Below are positions 39,592-50,358 of a stretch of 64,000 nucleotides of DNA, piece after piece (position 1 is the first letter of the stretch; the number at the start of each line of letters is the position of its first letter). This DNA is from Gammaproteobacteria bacterium. GTDB lineage: Bacteria; Pseudomonadota; Gammaproteobacteria; UBA4575. The notes beneath the pieces were generated by a model, which ran no database searches, had not been told where the DNA came from, and saw nothing but the letters and a program-made list of their open reading frames with translations. Position numbers and translations under genes: made by a program. Location: NCBI GenBank assembly GCA_965205685.1, contig OZ242174.1:77406-141405 (forward strand), given 5' to 3'.

Positions 39592-40902
39592 TTATTGATC
39601 TTCCAGAAGCAGGCGGTGAGCGGGAAAACTGCATTTGAAGCATGAACCCTGCCCCAGCTCGCTGCTGATCCTCAGGTGGCCTTCATGCCGTTCAACCACG
39701 TGCTTGACGATCGACAGACCGAGACCCGTCCCGCCTTTCTCGCGTGAACGACCGGCATCCACCCGGTAGAACCTTTCTGTCAACCGCCCAATGTGTTCCG
39801 GGGCAATCCCTTGTCCCGTATCGGTCACGCTCAACTCGGCTGAATCCTGATCCGCCCTTTTCCAGCTGACCTGCACCGAGGTGCCTAACTCGGTGTGCTT
39901 GATGGCATTGTTGATCAGATTGGAGATGACGCTGCGGATTTCCTGCAAGTCACCTTTCAGACCTGCATCTGTCTCAATTTGTATCCGGATATCGTGCTGA
40001 CTGATGGCCGCGGACAGCTCTGTTTCCTTGACCACGTCCATGATAATGGAGCCCACCGGTATGGCTTCAGATTCCTTGGCTGCCAAGGCAGTGGACTCGA
40101 TGCGTGACAGCGCCAACAGATCCTCGACCAGTTGTTTCATGCGCTGGGCCTGAAGCTCCGCAGAATGAGTTGCAGCCTTGCATTCCTCAGGAAGCTTTGG
40201 GTGTTCCGACAACGTTTCCAGATAACCGAGTATTACCGTCAAAGGGGTACGTAATTCATGCGAGGCATTGGAAATGAAACTGCGCCGCATTTCATGAATC
40301 CGTGCAGTTTGTGACATGTCCTGTGCAATCAGCACTAACCTGTCTTCACTAAAAGGAATGATGCGAATGCTCAATTCCTTGTCACCGGTGGTCGTTGCCT
40401 GAACCTCAAGCGGCTCATCGAACTTGCCAGCGAAGAAGTATTCGGTGAACAAGGGGTCCCGGAACAGCTGCGTAATCCTTGAATGAGTATCGCTGTCTGG
40501 ACTGATATGCAAAAGATTATTTGCTGCCTCGTTGGAGGACTGGATTTCACCGGAGGGCTTCAGCACGATCACGGCATCCGGAAGGGCCGCAGTCATCTCA
40601 TCAAACTGACGGACTAGCCTTTCCAGTGAATTTTGCCGGGCGCTGTTTTGCCTTTGCAGATCCGCGACGCCAGACACCATATGGTCAGCAATGCCCATGA
40701 ATTCCGGAGCATCGCCGGCACGGGCGCCACTATCGAACCATTTTTTCAGAGTGATCATCTGACCTGCCGTCCACAGGCCATATGCGATGAAGCCAATGAT
40801 GAAAAATATCACCATGTAGCCACTGACCATGCCCGCGATTGTGCACGGTATAAATACGATCAGTACGCGGTTAAGTTCTGACAACCATGCACTGAAGGAC
40901 AT
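39592..40902 (-). CDS. phoR: Phosphate regulon sensor histidine kinase PhoR
   Basis: 436 aa with an N-terminal TM, PAS, HisKA (…NASHELRTPLT…) and HATPase (…GTGLGLSIVKHV…) domains. Its start overlaps the phoB stop. Confidence 0.9.
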   Translation of the reverse strand: MSFSAWLSELNRVLIVFIPCTIAGMVSGYMVIFFIIGFIAYGLWTAGQMITLKKWFDSGARAGDAPEFMGIADHMVSGVADLQRQNSARQNSLERLVRQFDEMTAALPDAVIVLKPSGEIQSSNEAANNLLHISPDSDTHSRITQLFRDPLFTEYFFAGKFDEPLEVQATTTGDKELSIRIIPFSEDRLVLIAQDMSQTARIHEMRRSFISNASHELRTPLTVILGYLETLSEHPKLPEECKAATHSAELQAQRMKQLVEDLLALSRIESTALAAKESEAIPVGSIIMDVVKETELSAAISQHDIRIQIETDAGLKGDLQEIRSVISNLINNAIKHTELGTSVQVSWKRADQDSAELSVTDTGQGIAPEHIGRLTERFYRVDAGRSREKGGTGLGLSIVKHVVERHEGHLRISSELGQGSCFKCSFPAHRLLLEDQ

Positions 40903-41591
40903 TATTTATTGGCTGAGAACCGGTATCCGTAACCGCGCACGGTCTGGATCATGTAGGCACAGTCCAGGGGTTTAAGCAGTTTTCTCAAGCGCACAATGTG
41001 CACATCCACGGTTCGCTCCTCCACGTACATGTTACGGCCCCATACATAGTCCAGCAACTGGGCACGGGAATAGACCCGATCCGGATGGGTCATGAAAAAC
41101 TCAAGCAAGCGAAACTCCGTTGGACCCAGATTGATCATCTCCTCATGTACACAGACCCGGTGAGCTTTTGAGTCCAGCTTGATGGGGCCAACCCTTACCT
41201 GGTTCTCGATAGCGCCTGAACTTCTTCGCAATACGGCGCGGATGCGGGATGATAATTCCTTTACCGAAAACGGCTTGAGAATGTAGTCATCTGCTCCTGA
41301 ATCCAGGCCATCCACCCTGTCCCTCTCCTCGACCTTTGCGGTGAGCATGATCACCGGGATTTCCTGTGTGGACTCGTTGCGCTTCCAGCGGCGCAGCAAT
41401 TCCAGCCCGCTGACGTTGGGCAGCATCCAGTCAAGCAGGATCAGATCAGGCAAGTGCTCGGCCATCTTGCTCTCGGCAGAACGGCTGTCCTCCGCTTCAT
41501 CAATCACATAGCCGCCCTGGCCCAGGGCAAAGGTAACCATCTCACGGATGGCAGGTTCATCTTCCACCAGCAGAATCCGCTTGCCGTTCAT
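40902..41591 (-). CDS. phoB: Phosphate regulon response regulator PhoB
   Basis: MNGKRILLVEDEPAIREM...LLDWMLPNVSGLEL... receiver domain plus an OmpR winged-helix C-terminus (…VWGRNMYVEERTVDVHIVRLRK…). The track ORF begins 19 codons upstream at 41648. Confidence 0.9.
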   Translation of the reverse strand: MNGKRILLVEDEPAIREMVTFALGQGGYVIDEAEDSRSAESKMAEHLPDLILLDWMLPNVSGLELLRRWKRNESTQEIPVIMLTAKVEERDRVDGLDSGADDYILKPFSVKELSSRIRAVLRRSSGAIENQVRVGPIKLDSKAHRVCVHEEMINLGPTEFRLLEFFMTHPDRVYSRAQLLDYVWGRNMYVEERTVDVHIVRLRKLLKPLDCAYMIQTVRGYGYRFSANK

Positions 41592-41679
41592 TGGCTGGCT
41601 CTCGATCTGGTAGTTAGGCGAGATTTCGAGCGTACTTTGGTTTTGCATAAAAATCGACCTGATTTTAAAAATAACGCTT

Positions 41680-41703
41680 CATTATTTTCACAATTGTTAC
41701 ACC
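41680..41703 (-). promoter_or_regulatory. Candidate Pho box upstream of phoBR
   Basis: The minus-strand read is GTGTAAC-aatt-GTGAAAA-taat-..., followed by a TATTTTTAAAAT -10-like element. This is only a weak match to the CTGTCAT consensus. Confidence 0.25.
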
Positions 41704-41870
41704 TTTCTTGCTTTATCCCTTGCCGAGTCCGCAGCAAGGCATATCAGGAAAAAAACCGGTTTCATTTTTTTCACACAGGTATTCATTGGCATCTGAGAAG
41801 CGGGTATCAATTTTAACAGAGGGCATGTATGTTGATGCATATATATCTGACCCTCACTTGGTTCACCAAC

Positions 41871-42245
41871 ATGGCAGGTTCACCTCACACAGGACTCAGG
41901 CGTCTCATCGGAGCAATTTCCAACAGTGTGGCCGGTCTTCATGCCGCATGGAAAAGCGAAGAGGCCTTCAGGCAGGAACTGCTTCTTGCCATCATCCTGT
42001 TCCCTGCCGCCTTCTGGCTTGGTGAAAACAGTGCGCAGATTGCTCTGCTGCTGGCATCCGTTTCGATCGTTTTGATTGTTGAACTTCTCAACACCTGTGT
42101 TGAGGTGGTCATCGACCGCATTGGTCATGAGTATCATGAACTTTCGAAACGGGCCAAAGACATCGGCTCTGCAGCCGTCATTATCAGTTTGTTCACCTTG
42201 CTCGTGGTATGGGTCTTGATCGCTTACGCAAGGTTCTTCGAGTAA
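41871..42245 (+). CDS. dgkA: Diacylglycerol kinase DgkA
   Basis: MAGSPHTGLRRLIGAISNSVAGLHAAWKSEEAFRQE... matches the prokaryotic DgkA N-terminus, followed by 3 TM helices with ...VELLNTCVEVVIDRIGHEYHELSKRAKDIGSAAV.... The track ORF starts at 41829. Confidence 0.8.
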   Translation: MAGSPHTGLRRLIGAISNSVAGLHAAWKSEEAFRQELLLAIILFPAAFWLGENSAQIALLLASVSIVLIVELLNTCVEVVIDRIGHEYHELSKRAKDIGSAAVIISLFTLLVVWVLIAYARFFE

Positions 42246-42303
42246 CTCCATTCATACCAAAAGAGGCTTCGCGTATACTTCGCAGTAACACACAACACTG
42301 TGG

Positions 42304-44391
42304 TTGCAAGACGTGGACGAGCAGAATTTCGGACTTGCCGAAAATTACATCAACCGTGAACTCAGCCTGCTGAAGTTCAATACCCGTGTGCTGCAACAGG
42401 CACGGGATTCCTCCACCCCTTTGCTCGAACGGCTCAAGTTCCTATGCATCTCCTGCAGCAATCTGGACGAGTTTTTTGAAATCCGTGTCGGAGGGGTCAA
42501 ACAGCATATCGAACTGGACACCGCGCATATCACAGCGGATGGAATCACACCTCGGGATTTACTCAAGCATATCCACACGGAAGCCTCTGAACTCGTAGCC
42601 GAGCAATACCGCGTCTTCAATGAAGAACTCCAGCCTGAACTGGATGCCCAGAATATCCGTTTCATTGCCCGTGAACAGTGGACGCCGGAGCAAAGCATGT
42701 GGTTACGCCAGTACTTCCTGGATGAAGTCGAACCGGTGCTGAGCCCACTCGGTCTTGATCCAGCCCACCCTTTTCCCCGCATCATCAACAAGGCGCTCAA
42801 CTTTATTGTTCAACTTGAAGGTCTGGATGCCTTTGGGCGCGAGGGGAAACATGCTGTTGTACAGGCACCTCGATCCCTGCCTCGACTGATTCGCCTGCCT
42901 GATGAAATCAATGAACAGGAAGGCGAAAACTATGTCTTTCTATCCTCGGTCATGCACGCCTTCGTAAACGAATTGTTCGAAGGCCTGACCGTCAAGGGCA
43001 GTTACCAGTTCAGGCTGACGCGCAACAGCGACCTGTTTCTGGATGACGAGGAAATTGATGATCTCATGCGGGCCCTTGAAGGCGAACTTGCCTCACGCAG
43101 GTACGGGGATGCCGTACGTCTTGAGGTGGCCGACAATTGTCCGGAAGAACTTGTAGTTTATCTTCTGCAGCAGTTTTCATTAACTGCAGTTGACCTGTAC
43201 CGTGTGAACGGGCCGGTGAATCTGAACCGTCTCAGCCAAGCCTACGATCTGGTCGAGCGTTCGGATCTGAAGTACCCGCCGTTCACTGCCGGCCTGCCGC
43301 AGACATTCAGCCACAATGTCAATCTGTTTACCCAGATCAAGCAGGCAGACATCCTGCTGCACCATCCGTACCAGTCGTTCGTCCCGGTGATTGACTTCGT
43401 GCGCCAGGCAGCGGAGGACCCCAAGGTACTGGCCATCAAGCAGACGCTGTACAGGACCGGACCGGATTCACCCATTGTCGACAACCTGGTAAAGGCCGCT
43501 CGTGCCGGCAAGGAAGTCACGGTCGTCATCGAACTCATGGCGCGATTTGATGAGGCTGCCAACATCTCCCTCGCAAACCGTTTACAAAAAGCCGGGGCTC
43601 ACGTCGTGTACGGAATTGTGGGCAAGAAAACCCATGGCAAGATGATCCTGATTGTACGCCGTGAAGGAGACGGCCTGCGGCGTTATGCCCACTTCGGCAC
43701 AGGGAACTACCACGAGAAGACTACGCGTTTGTACACCGACTACGGGATGTTCACCTGTGATACGCGACTGACCGCCGATGCCCACGAGATTTTTCTTGAG
43801 CTCACCAGTTTCACCAAGGTTCCCAGCCTGAACACTGTCCTGCAGGCCCCGTTCACCCTGTACAACACCCTGGTTGAACTGATCGACAACGAAATTGAAC
43901 ATGCCAAACAGGGCCGCCCATCCCGGATCATCGCCAAATTCAACTCGCTGGTCGAACCGCAAGTCATTCAGGCCCTGTATCGTGCTTCATGCGCCGGGGT
44001 GAAAATCCAGCTGATCGTGCGGGGCACCTGCTGCTTGCGACCGGGTTTGCCGGGTATATCCGAGAATATCGAGGTCCGCTCGATCGTCGGACGCTTTCTG
44101 GAGCATACACGTGCCTGCTATTTCATGAACAATGGGAACCCCAAGGTATTTTGTTCAAGTGCCGACTGGATGGACCGAAACTTTTTCCGCCGCGTGGAGG
44201 TTTGCTGGCCGATACGCGATCCGGCCTTGCGGGACCGCATTACCGATGAACTCGAGGTCTACCTGAAAGACGGTCAGCAAGCGTGGATCCTGCAGTCAGA
44301 CGGCAGCTACACGCCGCTTCAGGATCGCGAACCGGACGCCTACAGCGCTCAACAGACGCTGCTCAACCGGCTGGCACGGGCCAGCTACTAG
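42304..44391 (+). CDS. ppk: Polyphosphate kinase 1
   Basis: 695 aa with ...NRELSLLKFNTRVLQQA...LKFLCISCSNLDEFFEIRVGG... and the two PLD-like C-terminal domains (…HGKMILIV…, …LEHTRACYF…). The start is a TTG at 42304 or a GTG at 42313. Confidence 0.9.
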   Translation: MQDVDEQNFGLAENYINRELSLLKFNTRVLQQARDSSTPLLERLKFLCISCSNLDEFFEIRVGGVKQHIELDTAHITADGITPRDLLKHIHTEASELVAEQYRVFNEELQPELDAQNIRFIAREQWTPEQSMWLRQYFLDEVEPVLSPLGLDPAHPFPRIINKALNFIVQLEGLDAFGREGKHAVVQAPRSLPRLIRLPDEINEQEGENYVFLSSVMHAFVNELFEGLTVKGSYQFRLTRNSDLFLDDEEIDDLMRALEGELASRRYGDAVRLEVADNCPEELVVYLLQQFSLTAVDLYRVNGPVNLNRLSQAYDLVERSDLKYPPFTAGLPQTFSHNVNLFTQIKQADILLHHPYQSFVPVIDFVRQAAEDPKVLAIKQTLYRTGPDSPIVDNLVKAARAGKEVTVVIELMARFDEAANISLANRLQKAGAHVVYGIVGKKTHGKMILIVRREGDGLRRYAHFGTGNYHEKTTRLYTDYGMFTCDTRLTADAHEIFLELTSFTKVPSLNTVLQAPFTLYNTLVELIDNEIEHAKQGRPSRIIAKFNSLVEPQVIQALYRASCAGVKIQLIVRGTCCLRPGLPGISENIEVRSIVGRFLEHTRACYFMNNGNPKVFCSSADWMDRNFFRRVEVCWPIRDPALRDRITDELEVYLKDGQQAWILQSDGSYTPLQDREPDAYSAQQTLLNRLARASY

Positions 44392-45932
44392 CGGTCGACC
44401 CCACCAATCCTCATATTGACACCCAAAACTTCCAGAAAGTTTTCTTCCTGTCTGAGTTCTGCAACCGTCAAGGGGTGTTTTTGCAGCCATTTTTGGGCCA
44501 GTACGATTTCTGCGCAGCCGGCGCTCTTTCGCACTTTCACGGGTGGCAACTTTTTCGGCACACGGTCGCGGTTGATCAGCACGGCCAGTCTCAGGATGAC
44601 AATCATGTACATGGCCTGGTTCTGCCATTGGGCCGGCAACTGGTCGACCAGTTCCATGCTGATTTTACGCCGGTGGTTGCCTACCAGACAGGCAAGCAAG
44701 CGCTGCTCGTTCCATGAGAACCCGGGCAGGTCGCCATTATTCAGTATGTACGCGCCATGCCGGTGATAACGCGAATGGGAGATGTCCAGGCCGATCTCGT
44801 GCAAATCGGCAGCCCATATCAAAAAAGGATACGCCAAGTCTTTATCAATTTTGAGGACATTGGATACTTTTTCCAGCAGCCGCAATGCTGCAGTCTTGAT
44901 CCTTGCCGAATGCTCGGAATCCACATGGTAGCGACGCATCAGGGAAAGCACGGTCCTGTCCCGTGTGTCATGGTGGTGGATCCGGCCTTCCAAGTCGTAC
45001 AACAAGCCTTCACGAAGACCGCCTTCCGAGGCGGTCATTTCTTCTATCTCGAACTCGGAAAAAATTGCCTTCAGTACGACCAGCCCGCCGGCAAACACCG
45101 GCTTTCGTTCCCTTGCCAGCGAATCGAACTGCACATGCTCCATGTTTTTCGCTGCTTGCAATTCGGTGATCAGCCCTCCAATGCCTCGGTACGTGATGCC
45201 ACGATCACTTAATTCGCACTCTCGCATCAGCTGGTCAATGGTCCGGATCGTGCCCGCCGTGCCTACCGCAAAATCCCAGCCAAGGTTCTTCACCGAAGCA
45301 ATAATCGGCCGCAACTGCAACTTGGCCTCGATCAGGGCCTTCTTGAATCTCTTCTTGTCCAGGCTGCCCTGCTCGAAAAACTTCTGGCTCATCCCGACAC
45401 AGCCCATCTGGACACTTTCCATCAGGATGGGACGGCTTTTCTCTCCGATGATGATTTCGGTACTGCCGCCACCGATGTCGATGACCAGCCACTTCCCTGG
45501 TGGTCCGGTGACGGAATGAATCGTGCCGTGATAGATCAGGCGGGCCTCTTCGACACCTGATATGACCTGGATCGGGTGGCCCAGCGCCTCTTCTGCTCGC
45601 TGTATGAACTCGCTGCTATTCTTGGCCCGACGAAAGGTGTTGGTCCCCACAACACGTACGGAATCAGCATGCATTTCCTGCATTCGCTGACCAAACCGCT
45701 GCAGGCACTCGATGGCCCGGATTTGCGCATCCTCGGAGATTTTTCCTGAAGCATTGAGTCCGGCCCCGAGACGCACCATCTCCCGAATCCGGTCGATGAC
45801 CTTCAACTGGCCGTGCTCGTCGCGTGCGACCACCATGTGAAAACTGTTTGAACCCAAGTCCACCGCAGCAATGACAGAGGAAACTTCCAGCGGTGGGTCG
45901 TCGGGATGCCGGACCGGAGAAAGAGCTTCCAT
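44388..45932 (-). CDS. ppx: Exopolyphosphatase / guanosine pentaphosphate phosphohydrolase (Ppx/GppA family)
   Basis: 514 aa with ...VIAAVDLGSNSFHMVVAR..., the Ppx/GppA actin-like N-domain, plus an HD-like C-domain. It is convergent with ppk, and the two stop codons overlap by 4 nt. Confidence 0.85.
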   Translation of the reverse strand: MEALSPVRHPDDPPLEVSSVIAAVDLGSNSFHMVVARDEHGQLKVIDRIREMVRLGAGLNASGKISEDAQIRAIECLQRFGQRMQEMHADSVRVVGTNTFRRAKNSSEFIQRAEEALGHPIQVISGVEEARLIYHGTIHSVTGPPGKWLVIDIGGGSTEIIIGEKSRPILMESVQMGCVGMSQKFFEQGSLDKKRFKKALIEAKLQLRPIIASVKNLGWDFAVGTAGTIRTIDQLMRECELSDRGITYRGIGGLITELQAAKNMEHVQFDSLARERKPVFAGGLVVLKAIFSEFEIEEMTASEGGLREGLLYDLEGRIHHHDTRDRTVLSLMRRYHVDSEHSARIKTAALRLLEKVSNVLKIDKDLAYPFLIWAADLHEIGLDISHSRYHRHGAYILNNGDLPGFSWNEQRLLACLVGNHRRKISMELVDQLPAQWQNQAMYMIVILRLAVLINRDRVPKKLPPVKVRKSAGCAEIVLAQKWLQKHPLTVAELRQEENFLEVLGVNMRIGGVDR

Positions 45933-46479
45933 AGACGCTGACTAGCGTATCAAATGAACCCCTTGGACCCAACAAGTTTTTGTTGCAGTCTGGTGTTGAC
46001 AAGCGACATCGGCAGGCATGCCTGTGGCGGTCTAAGAATCTTTGCGAACTCCCCGTAAAACCGGTTTCCATATGGGTCTACGTACTTGCCAAGGCAAGCG
46101 TTGCGTGCCTGGATCAGGCAATTCCAGCCCTCCGCTGATGCCTTGCCGGGTACAGGTTTCCTGGAACTGTAAATACCGAAGCAAAGAATACAAGCTTGGC
46201 CGCCCGGGTAGGTCGGGTAGATATCGTGATCCAGCACTGAGCCCGCGCCCGTTTGACTGCCGGTATCAAGCAAAACCTATGGTCGTCGGCGCGATAATTT
46301 TATATGATAGCCGCCCTCGCATTAGAACCGATGGAAATACGATAACGTCCCCAGCCTGCTTTCCCCAGTAAACCTGTAAGCAACGAGCCGCTTGCTGTGA
46401 GCCCAAGTCGGGTCCTGCCGAACCTAGATGTGGGACTGAAAGCTTAACCTGACTCAAGTCATTCAAGGAAATAATCACG

Positions 46480-48045
46480 ATGAAGATTGGTGTCCCAAAT
46501 GAAATACACAAAGACGAGCACCGTGTAGCGATGACGCCGGAAACGGCCGGCCGCCTGCAAAAGCTCGGGTATGAATGTGCCATCGAAGAGGGTGCAGGCG
46601 CGCGTGCAAAATTCACCGATGACATGTATCGGGATGCCGGGGTTGCCGTCGTCTCGGACACCCGGGAGCTGTGGGCCGGGTCCGATATCGTACTCAAGGT
46701 GCGTGCCCCGGAACAGCATGCGGACCTTGGCGTTCATGAGACTGAATTGCTGCGTGAGGGCGGAACACTGATCAGCTTTATCTGGCCTGCACAGAATGAG
46801 GCCCTGATGGAACAACTGAAGGTGCGAAAGGCGACCGTCCTGGCCATGGACTCCGTGCCCAGAATCTCCAGGGCCCAGAAGCTCGATGCCCTGTCTTCCA
46901 TGGCCAATATCGCAGGCTACCGTGCGGTCATCGAGGCGTCGAATCATTTCGGACGATTTTTTACCGGCCAGATCACTGCGGCGGGCAAGGTGCCGCCGGC
47001 CAAGATCATGGTCATTGGTGCGGGTGTTGCAGGTCTCGCAGCTGTCGGCACGGCAAACGGACTTGGCGCAATCGTGCGGGCATTTGATACGCGCCCGGAG
47101 GTCAAGCAACAGGTTGAAAGCATGGGTGCACAGTTTCTCGAGCTTGATTTTGAAGAGGAAGAAAGCGGTGGTACCGCAGGTGGTTATGCCAAAGTCATGA
47201 GCAAGGAGTTCATTGAGGCCGAGATGGCCCTGTTCCGGGAGCAGGCAAAAGAAGTCGACATCATCATCACGACGGCACTGATCCCGGGCAAACCGGCCCC
47301 AAAACTGATCCTTGAAGACATGGTCGAGATGATGAAGGAAGGTAGCGTCGTAGTTGATCTCGCGGCCGAACAAGGAGGTAACTGTGAACTGACCAGCCCG
47401 GGTGAGGTTGTAGTCAAGCATGGCGTGACGTTGATCGGCTACATGGATTTGCCAAGTCGGCTCCCGACCCAGTCCAGCCAACTGTACGGCTCCAACCTGT
47501 GCCATCTGCTCAGTGACATGACTCCCGAAAAAGACGGCAACCTTGTCGTGGACATGGAAGATGATGTCATTCGCGGGACCACGGTGGTCCACCAGGGAGA
47601 GATCACATGGCCGCCACCGCCCATCTCTGTTTCCGCTGCTCCGGCTAAAGCGGCGGCGGCGCCGGCTCCCGTTGTGGAAGAACCGGTCAGGAAAAAAAGC
47701 GGGATCAAGTTTGCCATCACCCTGCTTGTCGCAGCGCTCGCACTATGGGGTCTGGGCAATTCTGCCCCTCCGGAATTCATGCAACATTTCACCGTGTTCG
47801 TGCTGTCCTGTTTCATCGGATACTGGGTGGTCTGGAACGTCACCCCTGCACTGCATACACCATTGATGAGTGTTACGAATGCGATCAGCAGCGTGATCAT
47901 CATTGGCGCACTGCTACAGATTGGAAGCAGCAGTGGCGTGATCGTAGTTCTGGCGACGATCTCCGTGCTGATTGCCTCGATCAACATCGGTGGCGGCTTT
48001 TTCGTTACGCAGCGCATGCTGCAGATGTTTCGTAAAGAAGAATAA
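46480..48045 (+). CDS. pntA: NAD(P) transhydrogenase subunit alpha PntA
   Basis: 521 aa; [33 protein letters not shown]... is the dI domain with NAD-binding GAGVAGLAA, followed by a C-terminal 4-TM dII part. Confidence 0.9.
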   Translation: MKIGVPNEIHKDEHRVAMTPETAGRLQKLGYECAIEEGAGARAKFTDDMYRDAGVAVVSDTRELWAGSDIVLKVRAPEQHADLGVHETELLREGGTLISFIWPAQNEALMEQLKVRKATVLAMDSVPRISRAQKLDALSSMANIAGYRAVIEASNHFGRFFTGQITAAGKVPPAKIMVIGAGVAGLAAVGTANGLGAIVRAFDTRPEVKQQVESMGAQFLELDFEEEESGGTAGGYAKVMSKEFIEAEMALFREQAKEVDIIITTALIPGKPAPKLILEDMVEMMKEGSVVVDLAAEQGGNCELTSPGEVVVKHGVTLIGYMDLPSRLPTQSSQLYGSNLCHLLSDMTPEKDGNLVVDMEDDVIRGTTVVHQGEITWPPPPISVSAAPAKAAAAPAPVVEEPVRKKSGIKFAITLLVAALALWGLGNSAPPEFMQHFTVFVLSCFIGYWVVWNVTPALHTPLMSVTNAISSVIIIGALLQIGSSSGVIVVLATISVLIASINIGGGFFVTQRMLQMFRKEE

Positions 48046-48059
48046 GGGAGAGCGATTTC

Positions 48060-49448
48060 ATGAACCCACAACTTTTGACAGCCTCGTACCTCGCAGCGGG
48101 TGCTCTCTTTATTCTGAGTCTGAATGGCCTGAGCCACCAGGAATCTGCACGGCGCGGCAATCTCTGCGGCATGCTCGGCATGGCAATTGCCGTGGTGGCA
48201 ACCATACTGAGCGGGCAGGTCGGCGGCTTCGAAAAACTTCTTCCTGCCATGATTATCGGCGGGCTGATCGGCGCATTCATCGCCTCACGTGTGGAGATGA
48301 CACAAATGCCAGAACTGGTCGCCATCCTGCACAGCTTCGTGGGGCTGGCAGCCGTACTGGTCGGCGTTTCCAGCTACCTGGACCCCAACGCACATTTCCA
48401 GGGTGCCGAAAAGATCATCCATGAGGTGGAGGTCTTCTTGGGGGTCTTTATCGGCGCGATCACCTTTACTGGATCGGTCATTGCCTTCGGGAAACTGAAA
48501 GGGAGCATCAGTGGCAAACCCCTGATGCTGCCGGGACGGCACTGGATGAATCTGGTGGCCTTGCTGGCCTGCATCTATTTTGGGTATGTATTCCTGGGAT
48601 CAGACTCCCATGCGGCAGGCCTTGTCCCGCTGCTGATCATGACGTTCATTGCATTTGCCATTGGCGTGCACCTGATCATGGCCATTGGTGGCGCTGACAT
48701 GCCGGTGGTCGTCTCGATGCTGAACAGCTACTCGGGATGGGCGGCGGCGGCTACCGGCTTCATGCTGGGCAACACCGCTCTGATCATCGTCGGCTCACTG
48801 GTCGGCTCCAGTGGTGCAATCCTGAGCTACATCATGTGCCGTGCGATGAACCGAAAATTCCTGAGTGTAATCCTTGGGGGCTTTGGCACTTCTTCGGGAA
48901 CCGCTGTCGAAACAGAAGAAGGCGAGGTCACCCCAACAAGTGCTGAAGAAGTCGCATCCCTGTTGAAAGATGCCAGTAATGTGATCTTTGTGCCGGGGTA
49001 CGGAATGGCCGTAGCGCAGGCGCAGAACACGGTCAGCGAGATCACCAAATACCTGAGAGCCAAGGGCGTGAATGTACGGTTTGGAATACATCCTGTTGCT
49101 GGGCGCTTGCCAGGCCACATGAACGTGCTGCTTGCAGAGGCCAAGGTTCCATACGACATCGTGCTGGAGATGGATGAACTCAACGAAGACTTTCCTGAGA
49201 CCGACGTGTCTTTGGTGATCGGGGCGAACGACATCGTCAATCCCAGTGCACAAACGGACCCGAACAGCCCGATTGCAGGAATGCCGGTACTTGAGGTGTG
49301 GAAGGCAAAAACCTGTGTGGTTCTCAAGCGGAGCATGGCTTCAGGATACGCCGGGGTGGATAACCCGCTGTTTTTCCATGACAACACAGAGATGTTGTTT
49401 GGGGATGCCAGGGAAAGCATGGATGCAGTCTTCCAGCACCTTGGGTAG
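48060..49448 (+). CDS. pntB: NAD(P) transhydrogenase subunit beta PntB
   Basis: 462 aa with N-terminal TM helices and a C-terminal dIII NADP(H)-binding domain (…[12 protein letters not shown]…[20 protein letters not shown]…). Confidence 0.9.
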   Translation: MNPQLLTASYLAAGALFILSLNGLSHQESARRGNLCGMLGMAIAVVATILSGQVGGFEKLLPAMIIGGLIGAFIASRVEMTQMPELVAILHSFVGLAAVLVGVSSYLDPNAHFQGAEKIIHEVEVFLGVFIGAITFTGSVIAFGKLKGSISGKPLMLPGRHWMNLVALLACIYFGYVFLGSDSHAAGLVPLLIMTFIAFAIGVHLIMAIGGADMPVVVSMLNSYSGWAAAATGFMLGNTALIIVGSLVGSSGAILSYIMCRAMNRKFLSVILGGFGTSSGTAVETEEGEVTPTSAEEVASLLKDASNVIFVPGYGMAVAQAQNTVSEITKYLRAKGVNVRFGIHPVAGRLPGHMNVLLAEAKVPYDIVLEMDELNEDFPETDVSLVIGANDIVNPSAQTDPNSPIAGMPVLEVWKAKTCVVLKRSMASGYAGVDNPLFFHDNTEMLFGDARESMDAVFQHLG

Positions 49449-49605
49449 CGCCTGTTGCTTTCTTTGCCGGGCGGCCCAGGTGACCTGCAGCTAAAGGGAT
49501 CGACGCCAGCAGCACCGATAAGATTCCCGTGCCACGGCACTAGGCCAGAACGGTCATTAGTGCCCTAGCTCTTGCAGCAAGGCGCCGGGAATCGCCTAGC
49601 AACTA

Positions 49606-50358
49606 TCACCACGTGATGTGCACATGCTGACCAACGGTTGCTGCGGGGAGATCTTCAATGAGGATGGTGATTTCTGCCAAATTTGACCTGGCATCGTAAT
49701 CGATCACTTTGACTTTTCCAGAATGGGCCTTGCCCGCAATGCTGGTGTTTATGCCACTGCCAATATCCAACCCTACGACTTGTTCTGGGTTCAGCGACAT
49801 GGTGGCCACCAATTGGCCGCCAGCCACGCTAACCAAAGGGGTGGCCTGCAAGCGGTTGATGACCGTTTGTCCAATCACCACATGATTTTTCAGAACGATG
49901 AGATCGAAGGGGGCTTTCAGTTCAGTGTACTCAAGATCCAGTTCTGCCTGATCAACGTCGGCCCTGGCCTCCAGATAACGTGCATCTTTTTCAGCAAAAT
50001 CAATTTTCGCCTGCTCCAGTTCCACTTGGGACAGGACCGTACGTTCATACAACTCCTCAGCACGTTGCAACTCATTCCTGGCTTCATCACGGCCAGGAGC
50101 GAACTGCGCCATGCGAGATTTTGCAGATTGCAGTCGATACTGAAAAGACCGTTTGTCCAGTGATAGCAGGACAGTGCCTTTTGCAACTCTCTGTCCCGGG
50201 ACGACGTTTATTGCTTCAATCACCCCGGATACCGGCAAGGATAATGCAGCTTTTTGCTCCCACTGCAGCACGCCATCCGTTTCACCAGCTGCTTGCGCCA
50301 TCGATGTCATTGTCATCAAGGCCAGCAGTAGCAAACAAGTAACCACTTTATTGCACAT
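49606..50358 (-). CDS. Short HlyD/biotin-lipoyl-like periplasmic adaptor (membrane-fusion-protein family) with a cleavable signal peptide
   Basis: 250 aa. It has the signal peptide MCNKVVTCLLLLALMTMTSMAQA, a lipoyl-like hairpin motif (…PVSGVIEAINVVPGQRVAKGTVLLSLD…), a coiled-coil, and a beta-barrel-like C-terminus. Its start overlaps the upstream OMP gene by 11 nt. Confidence 0.65.
   Translation of the reverse strand: MCNKVVTCLLLLALMTMTSMAQAAGETDGVLQWEQKAALSLPVSGVIEAINVVPGQRVAKGTVLLSLDKRSFQYRLQSAKSRMAQFAPGRDEARNELQRAEELYERTVLSQVELEQAKIDFAEKDARYLEARADVDQAELDLEYTELKAPFDLIVLKNHVVIGQTVINRLQATPLVSVAGGQLVATMSLNPEQVVGLDIGSGINTSIAGKAHSGKVKVIDYDARSNLAEITILIEDLPAATVGQHVHITW

Noticed and set aside
45950-46273. 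107-aa ORF upstream of ppx
   Set aside because: It has rare-codon usage (AGA/AGG), no RBS, and only a faint VOC-like patch. It is kept as a finding, not as a feature.
46459-47592. 377-aa minus-strand ORF
   Set aside because: It is antisense to pntA, whose NAD-binding motifs are unambiguous. This is a GC-rich shadow ORF.
49540-49568. Palindrome GGCACTA...TAGTGCC between the convergent pntB and adaptor genes
   Set aside because: The loop is 15 nt and no U-tract follows on either strand. It is not convincing as an intrinsic terminator.
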